Source: an uncultured Gemmatimonadales bacterium (GTDB lineage: Bacteria > Gemmatimonadota > Gemmatimonadetes > Longimicrobiales > Longimicrobiaceae). Taken from it: a stretch of DNA of 64,000 nt. The stretch covers positions 7,680,001 through 7,744,000 of the forward strand of contig OY970303.1 in NCBI GenBank assembly GCA_963716255.1. The letters run 5' to 3'. Under the pieces are notes generated by a model. It was given only the letters and a program-made list of their open reading frames with translations. It was not told the origin of the DNA and ran no database searches. Shown here in pieces: positions 49,920-59,067 of the stretch; the first letter of the stretch is position 1, and each line of letters begins with the position of its first letter. A program made the position numbers and the translations under genes.

Positions 49920-50049
49920 CGCGTGAGGGATTTCGGCCCGAAGGGGCGAGACCCGGCGGCAGTTTGCCGGGGCTCGACTCCGTTAAGCACGGTAGTTTCG
50001 TGCTTTACGGAGCCGAAGCCCGACCCCGGCGCCAGCCGGGGGCACGCCC
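49920..50049 (-). repeat. Repeat family A, copy 7
   Basis: Reverse full copy; central stem agcacg/cgtgct, loop aaactac. Confidence 0.95.
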
Positions 50050-50081
50050 GAACCCAGCCGTTCACATACAGCGCAGAGACA

Positions 50082-50789
50082 ATGAGCGCACACATCCTGG
50101 TCGTGGACGACGAGCCGGACATCTCGGCCCTGGTCGCCTACCACCTCGCCCGCGAATCGTACCGGGTGCGCACCGCCGCCGACGGCGTGGAGGCCATCCG
50201 CGCCGTGGAGACGGAGCGCCCCGACCTGGTGGTGCTGGACCTGATGCTCCCCGGCATGTCCGGGCTGGACGTGCTGGGCGAGCTGCGCCGCCGCGGCGAG
50301 ACGCAGGACCTGCCGGTGATCCTGCTCACCGCCCGGCGCGAGGAAAAGGACCGCATCGAGGGGCTCCGGCTGGGCGCCGACGACTACCTGGCGAAGCCGT
50401 TCTCGCCGCAGGAGCTGGTGCTGCGCGTGGGCGCGGTGCTGCGGCGGGTGCAGCAGGCGCCGCCCGCCGCGAAGGGCGGCAAGGTGGTGCGGGTGGGCCC
50501 CATCACCGTGGACACCGGCGCGGCCCGTGCGGATGCGGCGGGCGAGCCGCTGGACCTGACCCCCACCGAGTACAGGCTCCTCCTCACGCTGATGGAGCGG
50601 CGCGGCCGGGTGCAGAGCCGCCGCCAGCTCCTGGAGGCGGTGTGGGAGGTCACCGCGAACATCGCCACCCGCACGGTGGACATGCACGTGCAGCGGCTGC
50701 GCAACAAGCTGGGCGGCGAGGCGGACTGGATCGAGACGGTGCGCGGCTTCGGGTACCGCTTCCGGACCGATCCGCCGGTCGGCGCGTGA
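50082..50789 (+). CDS. phoB: OmpR/PhoB-family response regulator (likely PhoB)
   Basis: ILVVDDE, VLDLMLPG, LLTAR, GADDYLAKPF, LTPTEYRLL, TRTVDMHVQRLR, IETVRGFGY; phosphate-related context. Confidence 0.8.
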   Translation: MSAHILVVDDEPDISALVAYHLARESYRVRTAADGVEAIRAVETERPDLVVLDLMLPGMSGLDVLGELRRRGETQDLPVILLTARREEKDRIEGLRLGADDYLAKPFSPQELVLRVGAVLRRVQQAPPAAKGGKVVRVGPITVDTGAARADAAGEPLDLTPTEYRLLLTLMERRGRVQSRRQLLEAVWEVTANIATRTVDMHVQRLRNKLGGEADWIETVRGFGYRFRTDPPVGA

Positions 50790-52543
50790 GCGGCCCGGCG
50801 CGCGTCCGCGCCGACCTCCGGCTCTTCCTGAGCTACCTGGCCCTGATCGGCGTGACGGTGGTCGCGCTGACCATCGGGGTGGGGCTCACGCTGCGCCGCC
50901 ACCTGGTGGAGATGGTGGCGGACGACCTGCGGCACGAGTTGATGCTCGCCATCGCGCTGCACGGCCAGGCCGCGGGGTTGCCCCCGGACGGGCTCGCGGA
51001 CCGGCTGGGCGCGGTGAGCGGCCGCCGCGTCACGCTGGTGGGGGCGGGGGGCCGCGTGGTGGGCAACTCGGACGTGCCCGCCTCGGAGGTCCCCATGCTG
51101 GAGGACCACTCCGACCGCCCCGAGATCCGCGCGGCGCTCGCCGGGCGGCTTGGGCGTTCGGTGCGCATGAGCCACTCGGTGGGGAGCGAGCTGCTGTACC
51201 TGGCCGCCCCCGCGGCGCGCGGCCAGGTGGTCCGCCTGGCCGTTCCCCTGGACGACGTGAACGCGGCGGTGGCGCGGGTGCAGCGGGGGATCCTGGGGGG
51301 CGGGCTGATCGCCATGTTCTTCGCCGGGCTGCTGTCGCTGGCGGTGAGCGTCGCCGTGACCCGCCCGCTCCGGCAGGCGGCGGCGGTGGCGCGCGGCCTG
51401 GCGGCCGGCGACCTGTCGCGCCGGGTGCACGCCCGCCACGGCGACGAGCTGGGGGAGCTGGGGCAGGTGCTGGATACGCTGGCCGACGAGCTGCAGCGCC
51501 GCATGGGCCAGCTGGAGGGGGAGCGCGCCGAGATGCTCGCGCTGGTCGACGCCATGTCCGAGGGGGTGCTGGCGCTGGGACCGGACGGCCGGGTGCGCCG
51601 CGCCAACCTGGCCGCCCGCCGCATCTTCGGCCTGGCGGGGGAGCCGGCGGGGCTGGTCCCGCAGGAGGTGGCCCGCCGCCCGGCCTTTCTGCGGCTGGTG
51701 GAGCGCGCCCGCGCCGGCGAGCAGGTGTCCGCCACCGAGCTGTCGCTGGACGCCCGCCACCTCCTGGCCACCGCCCAGCCGCTCGCCGCCGGCGGGGCGG
51801 TGCTGGTGTTCCTGGACGTCACCGAACTGCGCCGGCTGGAGGACGTGAGGCGGGACTTCGTCGCCAACGCCTCGCACGAGCTGAAGACGCCGCTGACCGC
51901 CATCCGCGGCTACAGCGAGACGCTGCTGGACGAGAACCTCCCCCCCGAGCTGCGGCGCCGCTTCGCGGAGGTGGTCAAGGAGAACGCGGACCGCCTGCAG
52001 CGCATCGTGGACGACCTGCTGGACCTGTCGCGCATCGAGTCCGGCGGGTGGCGCGCGGAGCCCCGCGAGGTGGCGGTGGCGGAGGCCGCCGGGGAGGCCT
52101 GGCACGCGCTGGAGGCGGACGCCGCCGCCCGGGGCGTCGGCTTCGAGGTGCGCGTCGCCCCCGGCTGCGGGCACGTCCGCGCCGACCCCTCGGCGCTCCG
52201 GCAGATCCTCACCAACCTCCTCCACAACGCGCTCCGCCACACCCCGGGCGGGGGCGAGGTGGTCGTGTCCGCGGCGTGCGCGGGCCCGGCGGCCGGCGCG
52301 GGCCCCGGGCGCTGGCTGCGCATCGAGGTGGCGGACACCGGGAGCGGGATCCCCGCCGTGCACCTCCCCCGCATCTTCGAGCGCTTCTACCGCGTGGACA
52401 ACGCCCGCGCCCGCGCCGACGGCGGCACCGGCCTGGGCCTTTCCATCGTCCGCCACCTGGTGGAGAGCCACGGCGGCACGGTGGAAGCGGAGAGCGAGCT
52501 GGGGCGGGGGACGGTCGTCCGCTTCACCCTCCCCGCGGTCTGA
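50786..52543 (+). CDS. phoR: Sensor histidine kinase, PhoR-like (TM-sensor-HAMP-PAS-HisKA-HATPase)
   Basis: GTGA coupling; DHSDRPEI; RRDFVANASHELKTPLT; IFERFYRVD; GGTGLGL. Confidence 0.8.
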   Translation: MSGPARVRADLRLFLSYLALIGVTVVALTIGVGLTLRRHLVEMVADDLRHELMLAIALHGQAAGLPPDGLADRLGAVSGRRVTLVGAGGRVVGNSDVPASEVPMLEDHSDRPEIRAALAGRLGRSVRMSHSVGSELLYLAAPAARGQVVRLAVPLDDVNAAVARVQRGILGGGLIAMFFAGLLSLAVSVAVTRPLRQAAAVARGLAAGDLSRRVHARHGDELGELGQVLDTLADELQRRMGQLEGERAEMLALVDAMSEGVLALGPDGRVRRANLAARRIFGLAGEPAGLVPQEVARRPAFLRLVERARAGEQVSATELSLDARHLLATAQPLAAGGAVLVFLDVTELRRLEDVRRDFVANASHELKTPLTAIRGYSETLLDENLPPELRRRFAEVVKENADRLQRIVDDLLDLSRIESGGWRAEPREVAVAEAAGEAWHALEADAAARGVGFEVRVAPGCGHVRADPSALRQILTNLLHNALRHTPGGGEVVVSAACAGPAAGAGPGRWLRIEVADTGSGIPAVHLPRIFERFYRVDNARARADGGTGLGLSIVRHLVESHGGTVEAESELGRGTVVRFTLPAV

Positions 52544-52554
52544 AGCCGCCCTTC

Positions 52555-52646
52555 GTTACACGATCGTTACCGTTTCGATATCCCGCGCCGCCGTCGGCAA
52601 GGCAGTGTTCAGCCGTCCGTGACGCCGCCGTGTCCGAAACGTGACG
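52555..52646 (+). promoter_or_regulatory. Two arrays of 11-bp-period direct repeats (Pho-box-like) upstream of porin
   Basis: GTTACA(52555), GTTACC(52566), GATATC(52577); GTGACG(52619), GTGTCC(52630), GTGACG(52641). Confidence 0.6.
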
Positions 52647-52684
52647 GGCGGCGCTCCGCCAGACCGCTCGCACCCCGATCCGGC

Positions 52685-53788
52685 ATGCCGATCCGCACCC
52701 GGCGCCCCCGCGCCCCTTTCCGCGCGCTGGGGCCCGCGCTCGCCGCCGCGCTCCTCCCCGCCGTCCTCGGCGCCCAGGAGACCCCGCCCGTGGTCTTCAA
52801 GTCCAACGCCCTGGAGGTCGCCATCGGCGGCCGGATCCACACCCAGTTCAACACCACCTCGGTGGAGACCGAGCCGGCCACCGAGATCGCGCTGCGGCGC
52901 GTGCGGCTGGAGGCTACCGTCAAGGTCAACCAGTGGGTCACGGCCAAGATCCAGCCGGAGTACGCCGGCAGCCAGGTCACCCTCCGCAACGCCTACATGC
53001 GCTTCGCCTTCGATCCCGCGCTCACGCTGGTGGCGGGGAAGGCGCACCGGCCGTTCGGGGTCGTGGTCCCCACCAGCTCCACGCGCATCCTCCCCATTGA
53101 GCGCGGCGTGCGCATCCGCGGGCTCCCCGACGCGCGCGAGGAGCAGAACCTGATCGTGGACCTGGGCTACGCCGACCGCGACGTGGGGCTCCAGCTGGTC
53201 GGCGAGCCGGCGTGGGCGCCGCTGGGCCTGTCGTACGCGGTGGGCGTGTTCAACGGGCCGGCACGGGCCGAGGCGGGCGAGGAGAACACCTACCAGCTCG
53301 CCGCGCGCGCCGCCGTGCACCCGGTGGAGCCGCTGCGCGTGGGCGTGTCGTGGAGCCGCCGCAACTTCGCGGTGCAGGACTCCGCCGCCGCCGAGCGGCT
53401 GGACGTCCGGCGGGGGCACGCCTGGGCCGTGGACGCCGAGTACGGACGGTACGCGCCCGGGCTGCACCTGCTGGGCGAGGCGGCCATGGGCGACCTGGAC
53501 CCGGCGAGCGGCGCCGAGTTTATGGGCGCGCAGGGGTGGCTCGGCTTCCGCACCGGGGCGCTGGGCGACAAGCTGACCGGGGTGGAGCCCGTGGTGCGCG
53601 TCAGCTGGGGCGACGTCGACGGCGAGTCGGCACGGCTGGCGGTCACGGGGGGGACGCTGGTCACGCCCGGGGTCAACTTCTACTTCGGGCCGCTCAACCG
53701 GATCATGGTCAACTACGACTTCTGGAGCCCGGACGGGGACGGCGGGTCCGAGGGCAGCTTCAAGGTGCAGTTCCAGGCGGCGTTCTGA
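52685..53788 (+). CDS. Porin, phosphate-selective OprO/OprP-like
   Basis: Signal peptide; IGGRIH; LRRVRLE; LRNAYM; DRDVG; YAVGVFNG; terminal strand VQFQAAF. Confidence 0.75.
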   Translation: MPIRTRRPRAPFRALGPALAAALLPAVLGAQETPPVVFKSNALEVAIGGRIHTQFNTTSVETEPATEIALRRVRLEATVKVNQWVTAKIQPEYAGSQVTLRNAYMRFAFDPALTLVAGKAHRPFGVVVPTSSTRILPIERGVRIRGLPDAREEQNLIVDLGYADRDVGLQLVGEPAWAPLGLSYAVGVFNGPARAEAGEENTYQLAARAAVHPVEPLRVGVSWSRRNFAVQDSAAAERLDVRRGHAWAVDAEYGRYAPGLHLLGEAAMGDLDPASGAEFMGAQGWLGFRTGALGDKLTGVEPVVRVSWGDVDGESARLAVTGGTLVTPGVNFYFGPLNRIMVNYDFWSPDGDGGSEGSFKVQFQAAF

Positions 53789-53826
53789 CGGCGGCGTACG
53801 ACTGAACGGCGACGAACGGCTTGGTC

Positions 53827-53960
53827 GGGCGTGCCCCCGGCTGGCGCCGGGGTCGGGCTTCGGCTCCGTAACGCAGCAAACAACGCTGCGTAACGGAGTC
53901 GAGCCCCGGCGGAAACAGCCCCGCCGGGTCTCGCCCCTTCGGGCCGAAATCCCTCACGCG
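53827..53960 (+). repeat. Repeat family A, copy 8
   Basis: Full copy; central stem cgcagc/gctgcg. Confidence 0.95.
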
Positions 53961-54037
53961 GCATCGCGCTGGCGCCCGCGGGAGTAGCCACCCGGAGCGC
54001 GCAGCCGCTCCCGTCCGCGACCCCGCCGTTACCGAAG

Positions 54038-54083
54038 CGAGGGGCGATCCACCGGATCGCCCCTCGCACATTTCCCCCGGTTC
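54038..54083 (+). repeat. Left direct repeat (hairpin) flanking peptide-TPR cassette 3
   Basis: cgaggggcgatccaccggatcgcccctcgcacatttcccccggttc. Confidence 0.8.
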
Positions 54084-54217
54084 GTCTCGTCCTGGAATCG
54101 GTCGTTGGCCTGCGTGCCGCCCCCCTCCACTGTGCCTCCACACCTCCGCTCCTTAACGACAGGAGAGCGTTAGATTGCCAGCTCCCGCAGTACAAAAACG
54201 CTCACCAGGAGAGAGCC

Positions 54218-54412
54218 ATGTTTAGATCGATTCGCACCGCCGCTACCGTTCTCGCCGCGCTCGCGCTCGCCGGGTGCAGTGAAGTGAGCGGCCCCCCTGA
54301 TCAGTCCGCAGCTCCGCAGCCGAACACCGTTCCAGCGGACAACACTGCGACCACCGCCCGTCCTCCGGACAGCACCACTGCCCGCGGCATCTTCACGATT
54401 GGCGGCGGCTGA
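54218..54412 (+). CDS. Small lipoprotein-type peptide precursor 3 (64 aa, ends TARGIFTIGGG)
   Basis: RBS aggag; signal MFRSIRTAATVLAALALAGC (lipobox LAGC). Confidence 0.78.
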   Translation: MFRSIRTAATVLAALALAGCSEVSGPPDQSAAPQPNTVPADNTATTARPPDSTTARGIFTIGGG

Positions 54413-54420
54413 TCCGCAAC

Positions 54421-55719
54421 TCAGCACCGCAGCGGCGGGTCCTCACCGGGGCCCGTCCCTGCGGCACTCCGCGCGCGCTTGCGCAGGCGCGCTTTAAGCC
54501 GCTCCGCGAGCTGTTCCACCGTCGCGGGCGTGGCGTCCTCCGGCGCTGGTACCGGCTGCACGGCCCCCTCTAGCAACTCGCGCGCCCTCTCCGCTACCTC
54601 AGTTTGCCCGCGCTTTGTGGCAAGGTCCAGCGCGTAACCCGCCGCCAACTCCACCCGCTCCCGGTCCCCCAGCGATGCGGAACCGTAAGCGAGTGAGCAC
54701 AAAGAGGAGGTCACGCAATTCAGATGTGGGTTGGTGTCAACGATCCCCCAGGTCTCCACCCATGCGGAAAGGAATGCATCCCGATCCCCGGCTCCGCCTG
54801 CCGCGCGCGCAATGCCGGAGACCACGATCAGGCGGACCAGCAGGTCCGGCCCCGTCCCCAACACGGCTTGCAGGATGGGGAGCGCACGGGCGTGGTGACC
54901 GTGTAGCATCCAGAGCACAGCAACATCATGCGCCAGCGTCACTAGACCCGGATGAGAGGACGGGTACGCGTTGAATGCACGGCTTGCCAGCACTTCCGCC
55001 TCCTCTTTGCGCCCCGTCTCCACTGCTACGGTAAATAGATCGTGAAGCGCCTCCCCTGCCACGTCACGCACGCCTGATCGGCGCGCAGCGCTGTACGCTC
55101 GGCGGAAAGCGCGTTCAGCCGTCTCGAATGCGCCCTGCTGCATCACGATCTGCCCGAGGCGGCGGTATGCGCGTGCGTAGGTCCGCCGGTCCGGTCGCCG
55201 CAGTGCAAGACCAATGCTTCGGGCATACCAGGCGACGGCGCGCGGGTAGTCGGCTGCCCGGTGGCACAGCCCGCCCACATGGAATGCATATTCGGCAATT
55301 GTGGGCGCGACTAGCGCCGCAGCCTGCGCATACCAGATCGAGGTTTGGGGCAGTCCGTTCCGGTCCGCCCATTCGGATATTTTCCGGCAGGCGCCCACCA
55401 CCTCTTCTACCGGCACCTCCTGTCCGCCTCGGAGGATTCTAGCCAGTACCGCGAGCCACGGCCGGACCTGCTCGTCCAGTTCCGCTTCTTGGAACTGTCG
55501 CGCGCGCCGGGTGGAGGCCGCACTGTCCCACAGCGCGCTACGCCTCCCTGGGGGAGTGGAAGCCCACAAGACTAGATCATGGATCGTTTGCCACAGCACC
55601 ACTCCGGCGGGGCTACGCAGTTCATCCAGGATGGTGGCGCCGTCGTACCCCTCAAGGGTGCTGCGCAGAATCGCGGGCGGTGCGGGGCTGGGACGCCCCG
55701 GGCGTCTACCTTTCGGCAT
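54421..55719 (-). CDS. TPR-like alpha-helical protein 3 (~432 aa), convergent with precursor 3
   Basis: Aligns with proteins 1/2: LVLWASTP..RSALW, ADYPRAVAWY, EALHDLFTV, LAHDVAVLWM, RALPILQAVL; start MPKGRR inferred from paralog length. Confidence 0.75.
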   Translation of the reverse strand: MPKGRRPGRPSPAPPAILRSTLEGYDGATILDELRSPAGVVLWQTIHDLVLWASTPPGRRSALWDSAASTRRARQFQEAELDEQVRPWLAVLARILRGGQEVPVEEVVGACRKISEWADRNGLPQTSIWYAQAAALVAPTIAEYAFHVGGLCHRAADYPRAVAWYARSIGLALRRPDRRTYARAYRRLGQIVMQQGAFETAERAFRRAYSAARRSGVRDVAGEALHDLFTVAVETGRKEEAEVLASRAFNAYPSSHPGLVTLAHDVAVLWMLHGHHARALPILQAVLGTGPDLLVRLIVVSGIARAAGGAGDRDAFLSAWVETWGIVDTNPHLNCVTSSLCSLAYGSASLGDRERVELAAGYALDLATKRGQTEVAERARELLEGAVQPVPAPEDATPATVEQLAERLKARLRKRARSAAGTGPGEDPPLRC

Positions 55720-55960
55720 CGGTTTCGGGGGAAGCAGGTTGGCCGGCGCGGACTTGCACGCTGTCCACAGATCACGACGCGAGATATACGCACGAAATTC
55801 ACGCCAGACAACGTGGGACACACCAGTCCGCCACGAAGCATCAGGATCCCGGTTGCTGTCTCTTTGCGGGCGCTGCGGAAGTGCATGCGGCGTTTTGACG
55901 GCGTGTCCGTGGAGCCGGACACGTTTCGGCGCAGGCTGCTGGTTGGGCCACCCAAAGCAA

Positions 55961-56005
55961 CGAGGGGCGATCCGCCGGACCGCCCCTCGCGCGTTTCCCC
56001 CGTTC
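55961..56005 (+). repeat. Right direct repeat flanking cassette 3
   Basis: cgaggggcgatccgccggaccgcccctcgcgcgtttcccccgttc; 4 substitutions and 1 indel relative to the left copy. Confidence 0.8.
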
Positions 56006-56061
56006 TTCCAGTCCCGCGATTCACGTACAGCCCCCGCCATCCCTTCGCCCGGCCGCACGGA

Positions 56062-56078
56062 GTTACAGAACGGTGACC
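56062..56078 (+). promoter_or_regulatory. Pho-box-like direct repeat
   Basis: GTTACA(56062)-N5-GTGACC(56073) upstream of TonB receptor. Confidence 0.5.
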
Positions 56079-56181
56079 GTTTCCGCGTGGAGTCGATGCG
56101 TTCGCCGGCTAGCCTGAGGGCACGTCCCGGCGGGGTGCCGGCGGGCGGTTCGACATATCTCCACAAAGAGACAGACAAACG

Positions 56182-58959
56182 ATGCCAGGCAAACGAGTTC
56201 GCACCGGGTTGCTCCTGCTGGCGCTGCTGCTGCTCGCCGCGGCGGGCGGGGCGGCGGCGCAGGGCCCGGCCGGCAGGATCGTGGGACGCGTGGTCGACGC
56301 GGGGAGCGGACGGGCGCTCACCGGCGCCCAGGTGGTGGTGCGCAGCACCACGCTCCGCGCGGTCTCGGGCGTGGACGGTCGCTACAGCATCGCGAACGTC
56401 CCCGCCGGGCCGCAGGCGCTGGTGGTGACGCACCTGGGGTACGCCGCCAAGACGGTGACCGAGCTGCAGGTTCCCGCGGGCGGCGCCGCCGAGGCGGACG
56501 TGTCGCTGGCGGTGGAGGCGCTGGCGCTGGAAGGGCTCACCGTGTCCGCCACGCGCGAGCGCGGCTCCGTGAGCCGCGCGCTGGACGAGCAGCGCACCTC
56601 CACCGGCGTGGTCAACGCCATCACCGCCGACCAGATCTCCCGCGGCCCCGACGGCGACGCCGCCCAGGCCGTGCAGCGCGTCAGCGGCGTCACCGTGCAG
56701 GACGGCAAGTTCGTGTTCGTGCGCGGGCTGGGCGAGCGCTACACCGTCACCGACCTCAACGGCGCCCGCCTCCCCAGCCCCGAGCCCGAGCGCAAGGTGG
56801 TGCCGCTGGACCTCTTCCCCTCCGGCATCCTCCAGACCATCACCACCCGCAAGACCTTCACCCCCGACCTGGGCGGCGACTTCAGCGGTGCGCTGGTGAA
56901 CATCCGCACCCGCGAGTTCCCCACCCGCCGTCAGGCAACGGTGTCCGCGTCGGTGGGCTACAACGACGCGGCGACGGGGAGCAGCGTGCTGGTGGCCCCG
57001 CGCGCGGGCGGCGAGCGCTTCGCCGCGGCGGGCGGGCGGCGCGACGTGCCCGGCCCGGTGGCGGCCGCCGGCGGCTTCACGCAGGACGTGTCGCAGGCGC
57101 AGGTCAACCAGATGATCGGCGCGTTCCGCAACGCCTGGCTCCCGGGGCGGGGAAGCGGCGACCCCAACCTGTCGCTCTCCGCCTCCGTGGGCGGGAGCGA
57201 CCCGGTGCTCGGGCAGGAGGTGGGCTACGTCGTTTCCGGCACCTACAGCCGGGGCCAGGAGGTCCGGCTGGACGAGAGGCGCGCGCTGTACGACGTCACC
57301 ACCGGCGGCCCCGTCGACGAGTTCAGGTCCACGCTGGGCACCGGGCGCGAGAGCGTGCTGTGGGGCGGCGTGGCCAACCTGAGCTCGCTGGTGGGCGAGA
57401 AGCATCGCTTCACCGCGAACAACGTGTACAACCGCACCGCCGACAACGAAGCCCGCACCGAGCGCGGCTTCAACGAGAACCTGGCCCTGCCGCTGGAAAT
57501 CAACCGCCTGCGCTACGTGGAGCGCACCGTGCGCTCCAGCCAGCTCGCGGGCGAGCACCAGCTGTCCGGCGCGCACAAGCTGGACTGGGCGGTCACCTCG
57601 TCCGGCGTCACCCGCCGCGAGCCCGACCGCTCCGAGTTCGTCTACGAGCTGCTGGACGGGCTGGACTCCAGCTCCGGCAGGCGCGCCTTCCTGGCGAACA
57701 ACACCCGGGCCGCCGTCCGCACCTTCGGCGACCTGGAGGAGAGCAGCCTGGAGGCGTCCGCCAACTACACGCTCACCTTCGGGCGCGGGCTCGCCCAGCA
57801 CCAGGTGCGCGTGGGCGGGCTGTTCCGCGGGGTGGACCGCGAGGCGGAGAACCGCTCCTACAGCATCTTCAACGGCGGCAGCCAGTTCCTGGACGACGCC
57901 GACCGCATGCTGGCCGCGGAGCAGATCTTCGACGGGCGCTACACCGGCGCGGACGACGCGGTGTTCACCATCCGCCCGCTCCTCCAGGGCGGGTCGTACA
58001 CGGCCCGGGACCGGCTGGGCGCGGGCTACGCCATGGCGGACGTGGCGCTCACCGACCGCATCCACCTGGTGGGCGGGGCGCGCGTGGAGCACTCGGCGGT
58101 GGAGGTGGACGCCGTGTCGCAGGACGGCAGCGCCAGCCTGTCGACCCCCACCTACACCGACGTCCTCCCCTCGCTCGCGCTCAACGTGGACGTGGCCGAG
58201 GCGCACAAGCTCCGCTTCTCCGCCTCGCAGACGCTGGCCCGGCCGGAGTACCGCGAGCTGTCGCCCATCCTCAGCCAGGACGTGCTGGACGGCGACAACA
58301 TCCAGGGGAACCCGGAGCTGCGCCGCACCCTGATCCAGAACCTGGACGCGCGCTGGGAGTGGTACCCGTCGTCGGGCGAGATCGTCAGCCTGGGCGGCTT
58401 CGCCAAGCGCTTCCGGGACCCCATCGAGCGCGTCTACCTCCCCACCTCCGGCTCGCGGGTGCTCGGCTTCGCCAACCCCGAGAGCGCCACCAGCTACGGC
58501 GTGGAGGTGGAGGCCCGGAAGGAGCTGGGGACCTTCGCCGCGGTGCTGGAGCCCTTCTCCGTATCCGCCAACTTCACCGCCATGCGCAGCCGCATCGAGG
58601 CGGGGAGCGACAGCATCCAGATCAACGCCGACCGGGCGCTGGTGGGGCAGGCGCCGTACGTCCTGAACACCGGGCTGACCTGGGCCCCGGGGCGGGGGCG
58701 GACCAGCGCCACCGTGCTCTACAACCGGGTGGGCGAGCGGGTGTACGCGGCCGGCGCCCGCGGGCTCCCCGACCTGGTGGAGGGGGAGCGCAGCGTCCTG
58801 GACTTCTCGCTGCGGCTGGCCGTGACCCCGCGCGTGGCCGCCAAGCTGGACGCCAAGAACCTGCTGGACTCGCCCTTCGAGGTGCGGCAGGGCGCCGTGA
58901 CGCGCGAGTTCTACCGCTCCGGCCGGGTGGTCGCCCTGGGGATGACCTGGCAGCCGTAG
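56182..58959 (+). CDS. TonB-dependent receptor
   Basis: Signal peptide; carboxypeptidase-regulatory-like domain; plug VRGLGERY, VPLDLFP, KTFTPD; GNPELR; DARWEWY; KNLLD. Confidence 0.92.
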   Translation: MPGKRVRTGLLLLALLLLAAAGGAAAQGPAGRIVGRVVDAGSGRALTGAQVVVRSTTLRAVSGVDGRYSIANVPAGPQALVVTHLGYAAKTVTELQVPAGGAAEADVSLAVEALALEGLTVSATRERGSVSRALDEQRTSTGVVNAITADQISRGPDGDAAQAVQRVSGVTVQDGKFVFVRGLGERYTVTDLNGARLPSPEPERKVVPLDLFPSGILQTITTRKTFTPDLGGDFSGALVNIRTREFPTRRQATVSASVGYNDAATGSSVLVAPRAGGERFAAAGGRRDVPGPVAAAGGFTQDVSQAQVNQMIGAFRNAWLPGRGSGDPNLSLSASVGGSDPVLGQEVGYVVSGTYSRGQEVRLDERRALYDVTTGGPVDEFRSTLGTGRESVLWGGVANLSSLVGEKHRFTANNVYNRTADNEARTERGFNENLALPLEINRLRYVERTVRSSQLAGEHQLSGAHKLDWAVTSSGVTRREPDRSEFVYELLDGLDSSSGRRAFLANNTRAAVRTFGDLEESSLEASANYTLTFGRGLAQHQVRVGGLFRGVDREAENRSYSIFNGGSQFLDDADRMLAAEQIFDGRYTGADDAVFTIRPLLQGGSYTARDRLGAGYAMADVALTDRIHLVGGARVEHSAVEVDAVSQDGSASLSTPTYTDVLPSLALNVDVAEAHKLRFSASQTLARPEYRELSPILSQDVLDGDNIQGNPELRRTLIQNLDARWEWYPSSGEIVSLGGFAKRFRDPIERVYLPTSGSRVLGFANPESATSYGVEVEARKELGTFAAVLEPFSVSANFTAMRSRIEAGSDSIQINADRALVGQAPYVLNTGLTWAPGRGRTSATVLYNRVGERVYAAGARGLPDLVEGERSVLDFSLRLAVTPRVAAKLDAKNLLDSPFEVRQGAVTREFYRSGRVVALGMTWQP

Positions 58960-59067
58960 CTCCGTGACGGCCCCGTTACGGGAGAAAGGTGGCCCCTACA
59001 CAGTAGGCGGCCACCTTTCGTGCATCCGGACGCAGGATCTCACACAACTCTGGGAGAACACTCCACG

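Noticed and set aside
54421..58206. 1261-aa minus-strand ORF as one giant protein
   Set aside because: The upstream ~830 codons are mostly antisense shadow of the TonB receptor; only the last ~432 aa align with the TPR paralogs.
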